Assembly (NCBI GenBank): GCA_013115145.1
Contig: JAAPAO010000026.1
Location: forward strand, 60,694-124,693
DNA: 64,000 bases
DNA from: Perkinsus chesapeaki ATCC PRA-425
Taxonomy: Eukaryota > Protista > Perkinsozoa
Direction: 5' to 3'
A program made the translations under genes and the position numbers. The notes under the pieces were generated by a model. The model saw only the letters and a program-made list of their open reading frames with translations, did no database searches and was not told the origin of the DNA. Below are positions 24,842 through 36,734 of the stretch, in pieces. Numbering within the stretch: the first letter of the stretch is position 1; each line of letters begins with the position of its first letter.

Positions 24842-25821
24842 TCACTCTTTCAGCCTTTCCATGCCTTTGCCGATGCTCTCTATGATGCCTAGCTCGTGCT
24901 TCATAATGGTGATGACGGCCGTGTTCTCTCTCATCACGGTCGTGTACTCTTTCAGAGTTACGGTATTGTCCCGCAGCAGCAGCTGTAGCCTCCTCAGCTT
25001 CCTCGACAAGTGACTGGAATGCGCTCTGCCACCATTGGACATCCTTTTTCCACCCCTTTGCGAATGCTACCCCATTGCTGATCTGAGAGCTCTGGTTAAG
25101 CTGTGGTTGTTGTGGTTCGTAAGGCGCTGTTGCTGCTGCCTTAGTCTTCCGTCTGGCCCTCTCTCCTCTTCGTCTATCCACCTTACTCAGACGCTCCGGC
25201 ACTCTTAGATCCTTCGGAGCAGATGGCCTAACCGTCACCAACTAACACAGCCCCTTGAACGCATGAGTACTTCGGTGGCACTTTACCGTGCCATGGCCCG
25301 ATATGCTGACAGACGTCGTCCTCCTCTGCCCCCCTATCACTATCAACTGGCCTACAGCAGCAGCCTTCTGCCCGTGATTAGCCCCCTGGTATCTCTCACG
25401 AGCTGTGCCTCGGCCTCTTCCTCCTCATAATACCCCGTGTTGCCATAGCTCCATTATCCATCCCCTCCGCCCCCTGCATCTCGCTACTACTACCCTCCCA
25501 CTCTGTATTACAAGCAGTCTCCTTCATCTCTCCTAAAAAAGGACATGATATATAACGACAATGCTGCAGCAGCCGAGTGGTCCCCTCACCCTTGCCCTCG
25601 CCCCCCATATGACCCTTCAATGAGCAGTGCTCGCAGCACAATAGCTTACCACCTTTACACGGGCACGCGTCACAGCACATCGCATGGACGTCACGTATAT
25701 CATAAGTTCCAGTGCCTCTACTAAGGTAGTGTGTCGGTCTGGTAGATATAGAGGACCTTCTTCTAGTTGAAGGCGATACTGTTCTAGCCTCCTTGCTCGC
25801 ACTATAAAAGATGATACTCAT
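24842..25821 (-). CDS. Hypothetical protein with a degenerate PHD-like Cys cluster and C-terminal coiled coil
   Basis: CCDACPCKGGKLLCCEHC...H, but the next PHD Cys is missing. Heptad-like LSRKLRRLQLLLRDNTVTLKEY. Confidence 0.4.
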
Positions 25822-26219
25822 TCAAGTTAACTCAGACAATAACACACCCGAATCGAGCTGTTTGGTCAGGTTGTTGCGAGTAGATACTCCCCTCATTGCC
25901 TCCACTATTATCATTTTCTTTATCTTCCTGTGCCCCTTCGACCTAATTCAAGACCTCAATGCCTATCGGCTCTATCTACAACACTACCCTTCCCTCCGCT
26001 GATAGGGACCTTCGAGGCCCTCTCTCACCCACACTGAAAACCATCATCATCACATGGACATCATTAAAGCGACTCACTTGTGAAGAAAATGATCAATAGT
26101 GCTTCTTCTAGCTGGTGACCGATCCGCAAATGCATTACTGTATCGACGTACAGCCACTGCTCGATCCTCAGGAGAGCGTGCCTCCATACCACCTCGCCCA
26201 CCCTACTAGGAATTACCGT

Positions 26220-26790
26220 TTACGAAAGCAACAACGATACTACCCCAAAGGAAGGCATTTCCCTAACTACAGCTTGACCGCGTCCGTCCTCCTCAGGAAT
26301 GGCATTGAGCGCTTGCCCCGTCGACTGCCGAAACCCTCCTCGAGGGTACCCACCCGGTACCGGTGCATCCATCTGAACGCGGCCATCATAACGACCAAAC
26401 AAATGTCTTACTCTATTAGGCAATGGTGTTGCAAAACCATTGGATGAGGTACGCCTAAGGTGACTGCCAACGCTTGATGGTGTTAGCGGTGGAAAGCGGG
26501 CCTGACCATCAGCTACCATTACGGTATTGCATTTTATACTTCCTTACAAGAAGTTCCCTTCGCTCCTCACTGAGCCTTTCCAACAGCTCATCTGTCCTCT
26601 TTCGTGCTGCATCCGGTACTACCGGTGTGCTGGCTGGATGAGCCATTGCTTGCCGAAATTGTCTGAAACACTTCGTAACCTAGCTCCACCGCATGGCTCC
26701 TACGCCCAGGCGGGGTTATCATCGTAATTGGGCCCTGGTGGCAGACCGAAGCCCCCAGGAAACGGTGTTGTTGGCCAGGCATATGGCGAA
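26220..26790 (-). CDS. Hypothetical protein, exon structure unresolved
   Basis: Several open Pro/Gly-rich minus-strand segments. No domain recognised. Confidence 0.3.
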
Positions 26791-27145
26791 TACATCCTAA
26801 AGGGCAACGTTCCCCCCCTTAATGAGGTATGCTTCTACTCCTCTGGTCGCGGATAGGGTACACCTTGGGAGAAAGGTAAATGCTCTCCAGGGAAGGTATT
26901 GGGATTAGTCATCAGTAATACAATAACAGTAGTAGTGTCGAGAGGGGAGACAGGGGCTCAACAATGTACACAATAATAGCACTGAAGGATCCACCCATTC
27001 AGGTAACAACTAAACCCGTAAGATACTGTAAAGAATGAAATCATTGACTGCATCAGTTCAGGGGTTTTTAACAAAGCCTAGACAGCAGCCATCTCCCCGA
27101 TGATAATGGTACAGCAAATGATAGCCGAGCTTTAAATTAAGGACG

Positions 27146-28186
27146 TTATTCAAGTTCGAGTTGCGCTGACAACACCTTATAGCTGGGGTCACCATTTTCA
27201 TCATCATAATGCCAGCCCACCACATACATAGACCAATCCGATTCTATATGGTACGTATTAATAAAATCTACACCACCGATCAACAACGGACCAGATAAGA
27301 AACAATCTTCCATTAAGTTGTAAACGAAAAACGCATGGGTGTCGGTAGTCGCCTGATGCTCGTCCAATTGAAACAAACCAACGTAGATCTGAGCATCGGT
27401 GGAGGGCAGGAACCGACAGCTGTGCGCTCCCCTATCAGATGACTCTATGGTCTCCTCTACACCATCAGCTCCCCTCCGCCAGAGACATATCCTACCATCC
27501 CTCACATAGGCCACATGGGTCACTTTGCCGTCCTCAACAATGCTATCATTAACCACCGAGTTACCCATACCAAAATTACCCCCTGTAACCGATTCCGGCA
27601 ATGTCAAGACAGGCTGGAAAGCTGTAGAACCCTCGAAGAGCACATAGAGAATCCGCGATGATCTGCCAACACCAAAGCACGCCTGCCTACTCCCTCCAGC
27701 TGGTAACATTGCCCCAACGAACGGTATCTTATCGAACGGCTTCGAAACGTCCATGAGCAGCCTCCTGTAGACATTACGGTCATCGACGATAGAGGTAAAA
27801 TGGAAGTAGTCACCATAACATCTTGAAGAGCATACATCAGGCACCTCGAACAATGTAGTTAAGTCTTCCTCCCTCAGTTCCCTATCGCCTCCAACACTCT
27901 GTAAAGGATACACTAATACAACTACACCGCTGTCCGACCGCACAGTTGCAACAATCAATCGCCGTATAAGATTTACGGCGCAATCACATCCATACGGCGA
28001 TATGCTCGCCGGGAGCCTGTAGGAGACGTCGACCGTAATCTTGGTAGGTATGGGTGGCGGTATATAACTCCATATAGGCCCCAGAAGATCCTCGCAGCCC
28101 ACAGATTCAACCCTGTTACACAGAGACCTTAGTCGATGAGTCAACAGAGACTGCTTACAAACCATGTACCCTAGATGCCCAGCCAT
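27146..28186 (-). CDS. Intronless 346-aa hypothetical protein, possibly F-box-like N-terminus plus beta-rich domain
   Basis: Long uninterrupted ORF. DLLGPIWSYIP resembles an F-box core. The C-terminal part is rich in short beta-strand-like segments. Confidence 0.6.
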   Translation of the reverse strand: MAGHLGYMVCKQSLLTHRLRSLCNRVESVGCEDLLGPIWSYIPPPIPTKITVDVSYRLPASISPYGCDCAVNLIRRLIVATVRSDSGVVVLVYPLQSVGGDRELREEDLTTLFEVPDVCSSRCYGDYFHFTSIVDDRNVYRRLLMDVSKPFDKIPFVGAMLPAGGSRQACFGVGRSSRILYVLFEGSTAFQPVLTLPESVTGGNFGMGNSVVNDSIVEDGKVTHVAYVRDGRICLWRRGADGVEETIESSDRGAHSCRFLPSTDAQIYVGLFQLDEHQATTDTHAFFVYNLMEDCFLSGPLLIGGVDFINTYHIESDWSMYVVGWHYDDENGDPSYKVLSAQLELE

Positions 28187-28476
28187 TTTACGGATCCTTC
28201 AATATGTCACGGCGTCACAATTATGTCACATACAATCAGCGCGCGCCACTTATTAGTATTCAGTCTCGTCTCCCCGGCCATGCAATCGGAGGCTACAGGC
28301 GATCATAATAACTAGAGTACATGAACCAAGCTACTACCGAGGAGGACTAATTGAATGACTTCATACTCAAACCACCATCACCGTATCACGTTCAACAACG
28401 GCATGACTAAGAGATTTATAGCTCATCACTGGCCTTCATGCGCTCCTAACAAGACGGCCCCTCATACCAGTGGTAG

Positions 28477-30501
28477 CTACTGCAGTACCTCAGCCTGCTG
28501 CTCTAAGACAGCACTGCCGTCCCTGTATTCGGGGGGTATCTCCTCGAACATAGTTCCTACAATACAACACTGCTCTACCTCAAAGGGCATTTGACTACTT
28601 TCATGTCCCTTGTAATGCTCTGCTGTCATGTCAGGATGCATTAGCCTCACCAGAAGGATAACACGCTCCTCTTTACCTAAGTAACGCTTCCTCATCTAGA
28701 GGGTGCTCAGAAATCAAACCCCCCTATATCTTTTCCACCGACACATAGAGCGTTCGAACCAGCTTGCGTAATGCTCACATTTGGTAGTGTCAACTCCATG
28801 ATCAGCCGAGCCATCCCATACAATCGTCTTGCCGTTCTCCCACCTATATTCGGTGTAATTCACCGTCAGTAGTGCACCATCGGGCACTATAATGCCATAG
28901 TGCATATTCAAAACCTATCACTCCATCAAATCCGCCTCCATCAACTTCTCGACCAACCCACGTTATTGCTAGGCCCATTGTGTGTCTCAACAGTAGTGCC
29001 AGGGTCCATGCGAATCACCATTACTTGCTCATTTTGGTTAACAACCCACGGCAGGCCAGGCTTCGTTGGAAGATACCTACTGCATCATCATCCCCCTAAC
29101 AACCGTTCCTACTACTTCTTTATCAGCCCGCATAACGTTGGCATCGCCGAGCATTGTGGCTCGATAACCTTCCTGGCATGATAAAGTGGCAAATGCTTCC
29201 AAGTACCTTTACGGCAGCATGCCGTCCTTTAACAAGCCCAAACCTTACCATTCTTATATAGGAACCTATAAGTATCTTCCCACAATTCATCCCTATCCAT
29301 GGCCTTCTTGGTCTCCTCCAATATAGCATTATAGTTCCGCTCCAATGCGACCCCTACAAGGACAAAGCTCTACCGCAAATACGTAGCAAGTCGGCCAGGC
29401 AGACGTTTTCACATGCCTAACGCTTGGAAACCATTCGCTCTATATATGCCTCATATGAACCTTTCATAGGTGTTTAAGACATCTTCAGTAACCTTCGCGG
29501 TTAAGCCATATAAAACCCCGACCATAGCCACCTTACCAATAGGGTATGCTTCCTCCCACACTTCACGCGGCCATACTTCATAAGCCCTCAGATTGGGTAT
29601 ATATATTTGCGGGGTCCTCTAAGCACATCATCTCTCTCTTACAGCCCTACTTAGCTTACATAAATATCCTGCCACCCAACTGGGTTATCAATACCATTAT
29701 AACTCAACCCTTGGATCTCCTTAAAGTACTTATGTGCCTCATCCCACCAGCCATAATTTTTATACTTCAGCATTGCCACCTTACCTATAGTGGAGCCCCA
29801 GCAGGCAGCAGCTTCAAGCAGGCACTTACTGTATAACGGAAAGCATCTGCACTCTAGACCGCCTTTGGTGTCGAACTCCTCCAGACACTTCGGATGATGC
29901 GTCAGCTTTCGAGCAGCCTCAATGCCAACCCTCACAATCGTGGGGCTATGGTCGAATACCTACTCCAAAGGCACTAACGACCCAACGGAAAACTTTTGAG
30001 GAAATTACACAAAAATTTGCCGAAATTTGCACCTCGTAGCATCCATTCCGCACCGACGACATACTTTAGATGCTCCACTTGGGAAGTCGAATGTGAAAGA
30101 TGGTGATGTATTTCCTACTGTATTGTTGCCTACCTTAACAATAGTATCCATATCCAATAGGACATGAGTGAGGTTACGTAAGGTGTAGAAGTCATCCGAC
30201 TCGGCAACTGCTATAGATGCACACTCCACCACTTCAGACTCTCCTAGACCAGCCCGAGCATCATCAAGGACATCATTACACCCATTTTACCCCGTTCTCC
30301 CCCTGCCTCTTTGAACGCCTTCATTTCCTCTATACAAGGATATCTATGAGGATTGTCCTTACAGTGAAGCTCCTCCATAGAGAAGAGACTGCCAATGATA
30401 CCTACAGCAAATACAATCATTTGATACTCCACAGTATCCTTACCAGCATCACATATCTGCGGTGTGATGAAAAAGGTTAGCAGTAATAATAAAAATACCA
30501 T
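28477..30501 (-). CDS. Aspartyl/asparaginyl beta-hydroxylase-like Fe(II)/2OG oxygenase with signal peptide
   Basis: ETHNGPSN, MHYGIIVPDG, RWENGKTIVWDGSADHGV and ERVILLVRLMHPD match the ASPH catalytic domain. MVFLLLLLTFFITPQICDA at 30501 (linkage to the catalytic exons is inferred). Confidence 0.75.
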
Positions 30502-30699
30502 GATTAAACTGCCAAAAGCACTACGATTGTAATCCAAACGCAAGACGGAGAGAGCCTCAAACTAACGGTCATCACCATCACAACTGTCGTCTTCCAACTA
30601 GTACCTAAACTGCTGCCGATGGGAAACAACAGACTAGTAGTAGGAGCCCCCCAAATGTCTCAAGAAAAAGGAAACGATAACATAAGGTGCTTGTCAGCT

Positions 30700-31393
30700 T
30701 TACTCGGCGTGCTTGATGACTTGGTTTAGGAGATTCGTACCTACCGACCAGCTACGTCTACGCCGACTCGAGTACCTTGTTAATCGCTATGCCTCCCCAC
30801 GTGATCCTTACTACCTAGCTGTGCTTTAACCTTATCCCACTCGGTCTCTTTAGCAGCTGATTGCACCTCTGATAAGAGCTGTGTTGCTCTGTCCTTGTCC
30901 AATGCCTCCTTAGGCACCTATCGAACATCCATACCCTTTGCCGAAAGTTGACAAAAGTGCGGTACCAGCTCGACCCCTGAGATCTCCGCTCGACAACAAC
31001 CAGAGCCATCAGAGGCTTGGTTGAAGAAAACGAAACCGTCGGAGACGAAGAAGTCCTTGTGGTCGTTACCATCACGGACGGTGATTACACCTAAAATGGA
31101 TATATCAGGAGCCGACACTAGGGCTTACCAGGTGAGAGTTGGGATATCACTAGAGAGTGATTATTGGTGATGGTAAAGGTCCCTTCTGTACCAGGAACAG
31201 TGATGCTGTCAATCTAAGATACAAAATAAGTTAGGTGATAAAGATTCATATTAGGTCGGATTACTGGCTTGAGGTAGAATATATTCTCCCTAGGAGAGCC
31301 CATTGTGAGCAGCAGTCGATTGGTTATGCCTGCTGGTGTCTTGGCACTAGGAAGGAGACCGGCACGTAGAAAGCGACTCGCACGAAGAGACAT
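30700..31393 (-). CDS. ATP5D: Mitochondrial F1 ATP synthase subunit delta
   Basis: Presequence MSLRASRFLRAGLL. IDSITVPGTEGTFTITNNHSLVISQL, PGVITVRDG...FFVSDGFVFF, EALDKDRATQLL. Confidence 0.85.
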
Positions 31394-31673
31394 TCCAAGT
31401 AAGACACGAGCGAACTCCTATAGGCCATCACCGTACAGTATTACTCCAACACACACTGGCAACCCGTGTTAGTGGCAACTTGTCACTAACTGGTAGCCGT
31501 CATTTTTAGCACTTTTATAAATTTCCTTTTACGTATATATAGGCACCGGAGCCTGATGGTACCAAAATTAAGATGGGTGTTATAACAAGCCCAACCAAGT
31601 CGACATATAACAACATAACCGTTCTCTCTCAAGTTGCCCTTTCCGACATTCGCGCGCGCCCGGATAATCGATT

Positions 31674-33043
31674 ATGATATACCATCCTTCACTATGCCTA
31701 TCATGCTTCATTATTCTCACTAACGTTTGCCGTGCCTTATACTGGAGCCCATGGGACAATCTTGCTGAGCTGTTGAGCAACTTGAATAATATGTTTGCCC
31801 ATATATACCGTTAAACCCCTACAAAGGGCTCAGGTACCTTCCGGGGTTGATTGCCGAGGACAGCAATACTGCTCCGGTCGGAAGGGTATTATTACCGGAT
31901 GTTAACATCACTATCCTGCTCGATAACTCAGACTGGTCTGAGCCAATCCTAGCTAATAAATGTTAAAGGATCCTCAGGTTCGATGTTATTCATAACCAAT
32001 GGGAGGTTCTAACAGATGACATTGTTAAACCGTGAGTGTTGACCTTTTTCCTCCTTGCTTCGTAGCTTTATAGTGATCCTGATGGTAAATGCTGGACGGA
32101 AGCTCTGGTAACGGCAGACGCTCGTCCCAACATAACGGTTATCGGTGAAGTAAGGCCTAGCTACCTCTGCGCAAGGACAGTACTAATCCAGGCGGTCGAT
32201 GTACTGGCTGAGATGATGTTAGAGTCACAGAAGGCTGACACATGGGGTGAGAGAGTCGCCTGACAAAACGTCTTTATCGGAAAATAGGCTCCGTCGAGTG
32301 TAAAATATCATCGATAATCTATATTATCTTTGTTGCTTATTGTTATATTTCACCCGATCGGTTATCGCAACTTCCCAACAGGGTCCGAGATGACGCTAGA
32401 TGCCATTGGTTTTCAGGGCGAACACCTCTGACAGGGACAGTCTATAGCATCAGTATGCTTTGGGAAGCAGACTTTAAAAATATGGTCGATAGCTACCTCG
32501 TTGCTCAAAACCCTGCTGTAGAGGAGGAGTCTCAGCGACAAGGCGCTCTAAGTGGTATACGGTGCGCCTCCGAGCGAATGGTGGGCTGAAATGGGATTTA
32601 AACATCCTCCTGTACATGTGCTTGCTTCAGCTGTGCTACCTCCTGAAGATGAGTGTGCTCCTGGTGGACACGGCTGTGATAGAAGAAATTGAAAGCATGG
32701 GAAATGTAAGGTATCACGTGGACGGATCCACCCTACCAAGCTTTGGCAATCACCCCCAATGGACCGTATACGGTGTTTATTATGTGATCCCATCACTCCA
32801 CTGTCACCCGACGCTTTTCAGAGAACCGTCATGTACGGCAAGTTACGGCGGTCATTAGCAGCCGCGCAAGTGCTATACCATCACGGGGTTAGTCGCCTCG
32901 ATTCCAGCTCTGCAATCAATAACGTTGCATGTCCGGTGATCGGCCTGATCAGTACAATTAGAGATATCATCGCCAATGTACCGCCACGCGTCCTGGTACT
33001 CACAGAAGCGCTTGGTCTCAGACTCAACGACGGGAAACTGTAG
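31674..33043 (+). CDS. Hypothetical multi-exon region with signal-like start; may be the 5' part of the downstream GT-like gene
   Basis: MIYHPSLCLSCFIILTNVCRA followed by open exons such as GRVLLPDVNITILLDNSDWSEPIL. Confidence 0.4.
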
Positions 33044-33281
33044 CGAACTTGAATCATGCCGATAGCTTGGCTCAACCTTGGATAAGCCCACGGTCACCGC
33101 TGAGACTGCAACTGAACGGCAGTGTCTGCTCGCAATGGAATGATAACTTATTGCCAAACGAAGTCCACTGGCTCACCAGGCTTGCTCGGGATAGCGAGGA
33201 GAGCGATGGTCTGCCAATGAATGTAGTGGATGCTATAAATGTCTTGACAGCACTCTGCCGTAGGTTGCAGTTGCTCGTCTC

Positions 33282-34661
33282 ATGGCTGACCTTGGCTTCC
33301 ATCAAAACTTGTTTTGTCATCGATACATGTACGTTAGCAAGCTCCAATCACATGGTCGTTCATACATCCAAAAAGCTCTCTGTAGTCCATTTCCCGAGGA
33401 GACTACTGCCTTCGATGCAGTCGTGCAAGATGAGGACCATACGAGCGACTTAATTCAGGATAGGCTCCTCTCGCTGCTGAAGTCCAGTGGCATGATGTTG
33501 TCAACGGAGGACTTTGGTGCCTTGCGAATGCGAGTCAACAACAGGCCTCGACTAAGCATCGTGGTTGCCAGTCGCATAGACGACTTCACCCTCCATTCCA
33601 CTAAGCGTCTCATGGTGATGCTTAAAGTGGTTGCCTATGGATGTCACACTGCGGCTATCTCATGTGAAGTACTCCTTATCGAATGGGCACCACTCCCTGG
33701 AAGACGAAGGCTAATTAGTCTTGTTAATCAAGCTAATCTGGACAACGTTATCGTACGCGTCGTGACGGTTCCTCACGAACTGCACCGAGAATTCCCCGGA
33801 CATCGGTTGTGGACTTTTCCCGACAGCATGGCAGCAAATGTCGGATTTGGTCGCGCAAAGGGAGAGTGGATCCTTAAACTGAATACAGATAGCATTATCA
33901 GTAGGGGGCTATAACTCCCTACTGTATGGTGGTCTCCAGGTCCACATGTCTTCCATCTTCTCGGCGACAACAGCACCAGCACACTAACTTCTGATACCGT
34001 CTATCGTGCAACATACATCGACCTTCGGGTAGATATCAACAAGGCGTTGAGTATACCAACTGATCTACTTATCGGTGGGGGGGTTACATTGGAGTCTCAT
34101 AAGTGACTTTGTCATAGAGGAACTGCTATCGTCAACTGGTCAGCAAGAATATGAAGCAAAGTCACCTTTTGGCACAGACAGCATCTGCCAGCACGGTCTG
34201 TTCTTTATAGCAGTTGGCGAATCTCCATTTGTTATTTTTTCAGATGTTCTGACTAATGGTAACTCATCTAGCAGTTCCTCACCAAGCGATCTTTATTGGC
34301 TCGGTGAGCTCGCTCCTAATCACAGGATCAGCCTGTCATCCCAGGCAGTGGCGACTTCATCCTCTTTCACCGAGATGCCCTCAAACTCGTTCCTGGCTAT
34401 CCCAACGTATTGCAGCACAATCTTATCGATGATACCTTACATTGCAGATTCCTTCGTAAAGGGTTCAAGCAGGTAGGTCCCCCAATCCTCACTGTTAATG
34501 TAGCCTCCAGGTCCTGCTACATCCACCGTGTCTTAACATCCATATGCACCATCGCCGAGACTCCGATTATCTTTCCGGTCAGCACATGTGTTGTCAGGTG
34601 TTTATTGGTATGTTTGCTCAGGCGTTGGTCTATGGAGTCTAGACGCCACTGGTTGGGATGA
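33282..34661 (+). CDS. GT-A fold (GT2-like) glycosyltransferase domain
   Basis: RLSIVVASRIDD, LLIEWAP, VRVVTVPHELH, AANVGFGRAKGEWILKLNTD, GSGDFILFHRDALKLVPGYP. Confidence 0.65.
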
Positions 34662-34856
34662 TATGTGCAACGATCCCTTTAAGCCCTTGTTAGGAGAGTA
34701 CTACCCTAAGTCAGATTGGCTATTCACACGACATGCTTTCCATGAACAACACGTCCAATTCTGACTTCTCTATTGACCGCTGATGTCGAGTTGATAGTGT
34801 ATCTTTCTCTTGAGACCCACTCCCTTGTGGTGTGAGGATAGCTTCGTGGAACTGAC

Positions 34857-36264
34857 ATGCCATCCTCACCAAAGAGCAAGGCTGCTAAACGCAAAAGAGA
34901 TTCTGAGTTATCGTCCGACGTTCGGTCGCTGCTCAAAGAGAAGGACGAGACCGCGGCCAAAAAGGTGATTAGTTGACCCGCTTGACAAGTTCATTTGTGA
35001 TTGCAGATCATCTCACGCATTAAAGAGGAGATATCACCACCGACTGATATAAAGGAATGGTACGATAGTGTTGATGCAAAACATAACACCCTCCTACACT
35101 TGGCGGTATCAGCGCGTAATCCGATGTAAGCCACGCAACGTGAAAAAAACGTATAAGAGTTGCCCGATTCTGTTGTAGGCTGGTCCGTCTTCTCGTGAAA
35201 GACTACAAATTTGACGTAAATTGCCAGCGTTTGGGAGATCGATGTACGATCGGTATCTCCGGGTTGACTTTATTGGTTTTTCCCGTAGGCACACCGTTAC
35301 ATCTTTCAATATGGAATCAGACTGCATATATAACTCAAATTTTGAGCGATGAACTGTCAGCTGACTGGGACCTTCAGAACAGTAGAAACGAATCGCCGAA
35401 AGACCTTAAGGAGCTGAGGGACAAGACGCTCCGGTTGGTATGATCGTTCAAATATCCACTTATCAGTCCTTTACTTTTGTAAGGTTTGGATATCGCTGGT
35501 TACCGCACCCGCCGAGAAGAGTGGACAGATCTCCCCTGTCCTCGAAGTCTACATGAAAATTACTAATGGCGAAGCGACAGAAGTTATCAGCGATGATCGA
35601 TATGTTTTGGCATATCCCTCCAAGAAGTAGGTTACTCCAGTCTCCGAGGCATGGCTCAACATTGCTGGCATGCAGGCTGGACGCAAGCTGTGGAGATTCC
35701 CTCATTGCACGATTGAAAGCAAGAAAAAACCAAGGCCAAGGTTTGTAAGTTTTGTTGATTGCTGTCAACTTGTTTGCTCTGAGCGTTATCGTTCAAGGTA
35801 TTATGAGTGCGATAGTTCGACTATGTCATATGATACATGCGCAGACGCCATGCTTGGGGTGTTAGAGGCCCACTGCCCGAAACGTTACTGTCTTCTTGCC
35901 GGCTACAGGTAAGTTCCGTGGAGCCTCTCTTCTGGTATTTAACGTCCCTTTTGTCTGTTAGAGCCCATGCCTATCGAGGCCTGCTACAAACACACTTCCC
36001 TAAGGTTGCTGATTGGCTTCATCAGAATGCCATCATGGACGTCTCATCCCTCCAGCAGTACCGCCAACTATTCTAGCCAGATGCGATGGTTGCTTTCTGA
36101 TCAGGTTCGCGTATCGTTACGGCCATGTTACGGGAGCGGCCCCCTCCGATCATCCCCGACCGTCTCTGAATGGAAAAGCTTATTGCCTCGATGCAGAGGA
36201 AGATGTAAACTCGAGCATCGAAGTGTTCCGTTGGCTGCTCGAACAGAACTGTTTGTTTCAATAG
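34857..36264 (+). CDS. Ankyrin-repeat protein, multi-exon
   Basis: KHNTLLHLAVSA and DVNCQRLGDRCT/GTPLHLSIWNQTAYITQIL...ADWDLQNSRNESPKDL. C-terminal helical region unassigned. Confidence 0.65.
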
Positions 36265-36734
36265 CATTGATGCGCTTCCTTTTGTGTTATCAGTTAAAGC
36301 AGCCAACACACAGAACGGAATAACATCTTGACCGAAACCGGCGGAAAGAGGATCTTGATGATCGGATTACCGGCTTTTTAATTACACAGTGTAAAGCGTA
36401 TGTCAATACAGATCGACGTTTGCGGAAGATGTGATGGGCAGACTGCCACCTCACGAAATACTGTCAGAGGCGGCAGTGTTCCGCACTCGGTCTAATGTCG
36501 TAGAGTACCCGATTCCCCATCTCAATTTCCGACTACACAACTCCACTCAGTACGCAACTCGGTCACTGAAATTACTCTCATCGAGACAGAGCATAGCTTA
36601 CTAATCATTGCTTAACGTTTCTCATCGCAAGCAGGCCGGCCATCAATACTGCACTGAACAGAACCCCTGCGGCTGCGCCTGTTAGATACCTGAGATCACA
36701 TGACCACACCGAAAGTCGCGGCGATCAGGGGGGG

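Noticed and set aside
33066-33075. CTTGGCTCAA as a spliced-leader relic
   Set aside because: Only a 10-nt match, it lacks the terminal G and the 5' part of the leader, and it is not upstream of a start codon. Compatible with chance.
35670-36264. TBC/Rab-GAP domain at the C-terminus of the ankyrin protein
   Set aside because: Only a vague resemblance (LFWYLTSL, LLQTHFPKVADWL). The IxxDxxR and YxQ catalytic motifs were not found.
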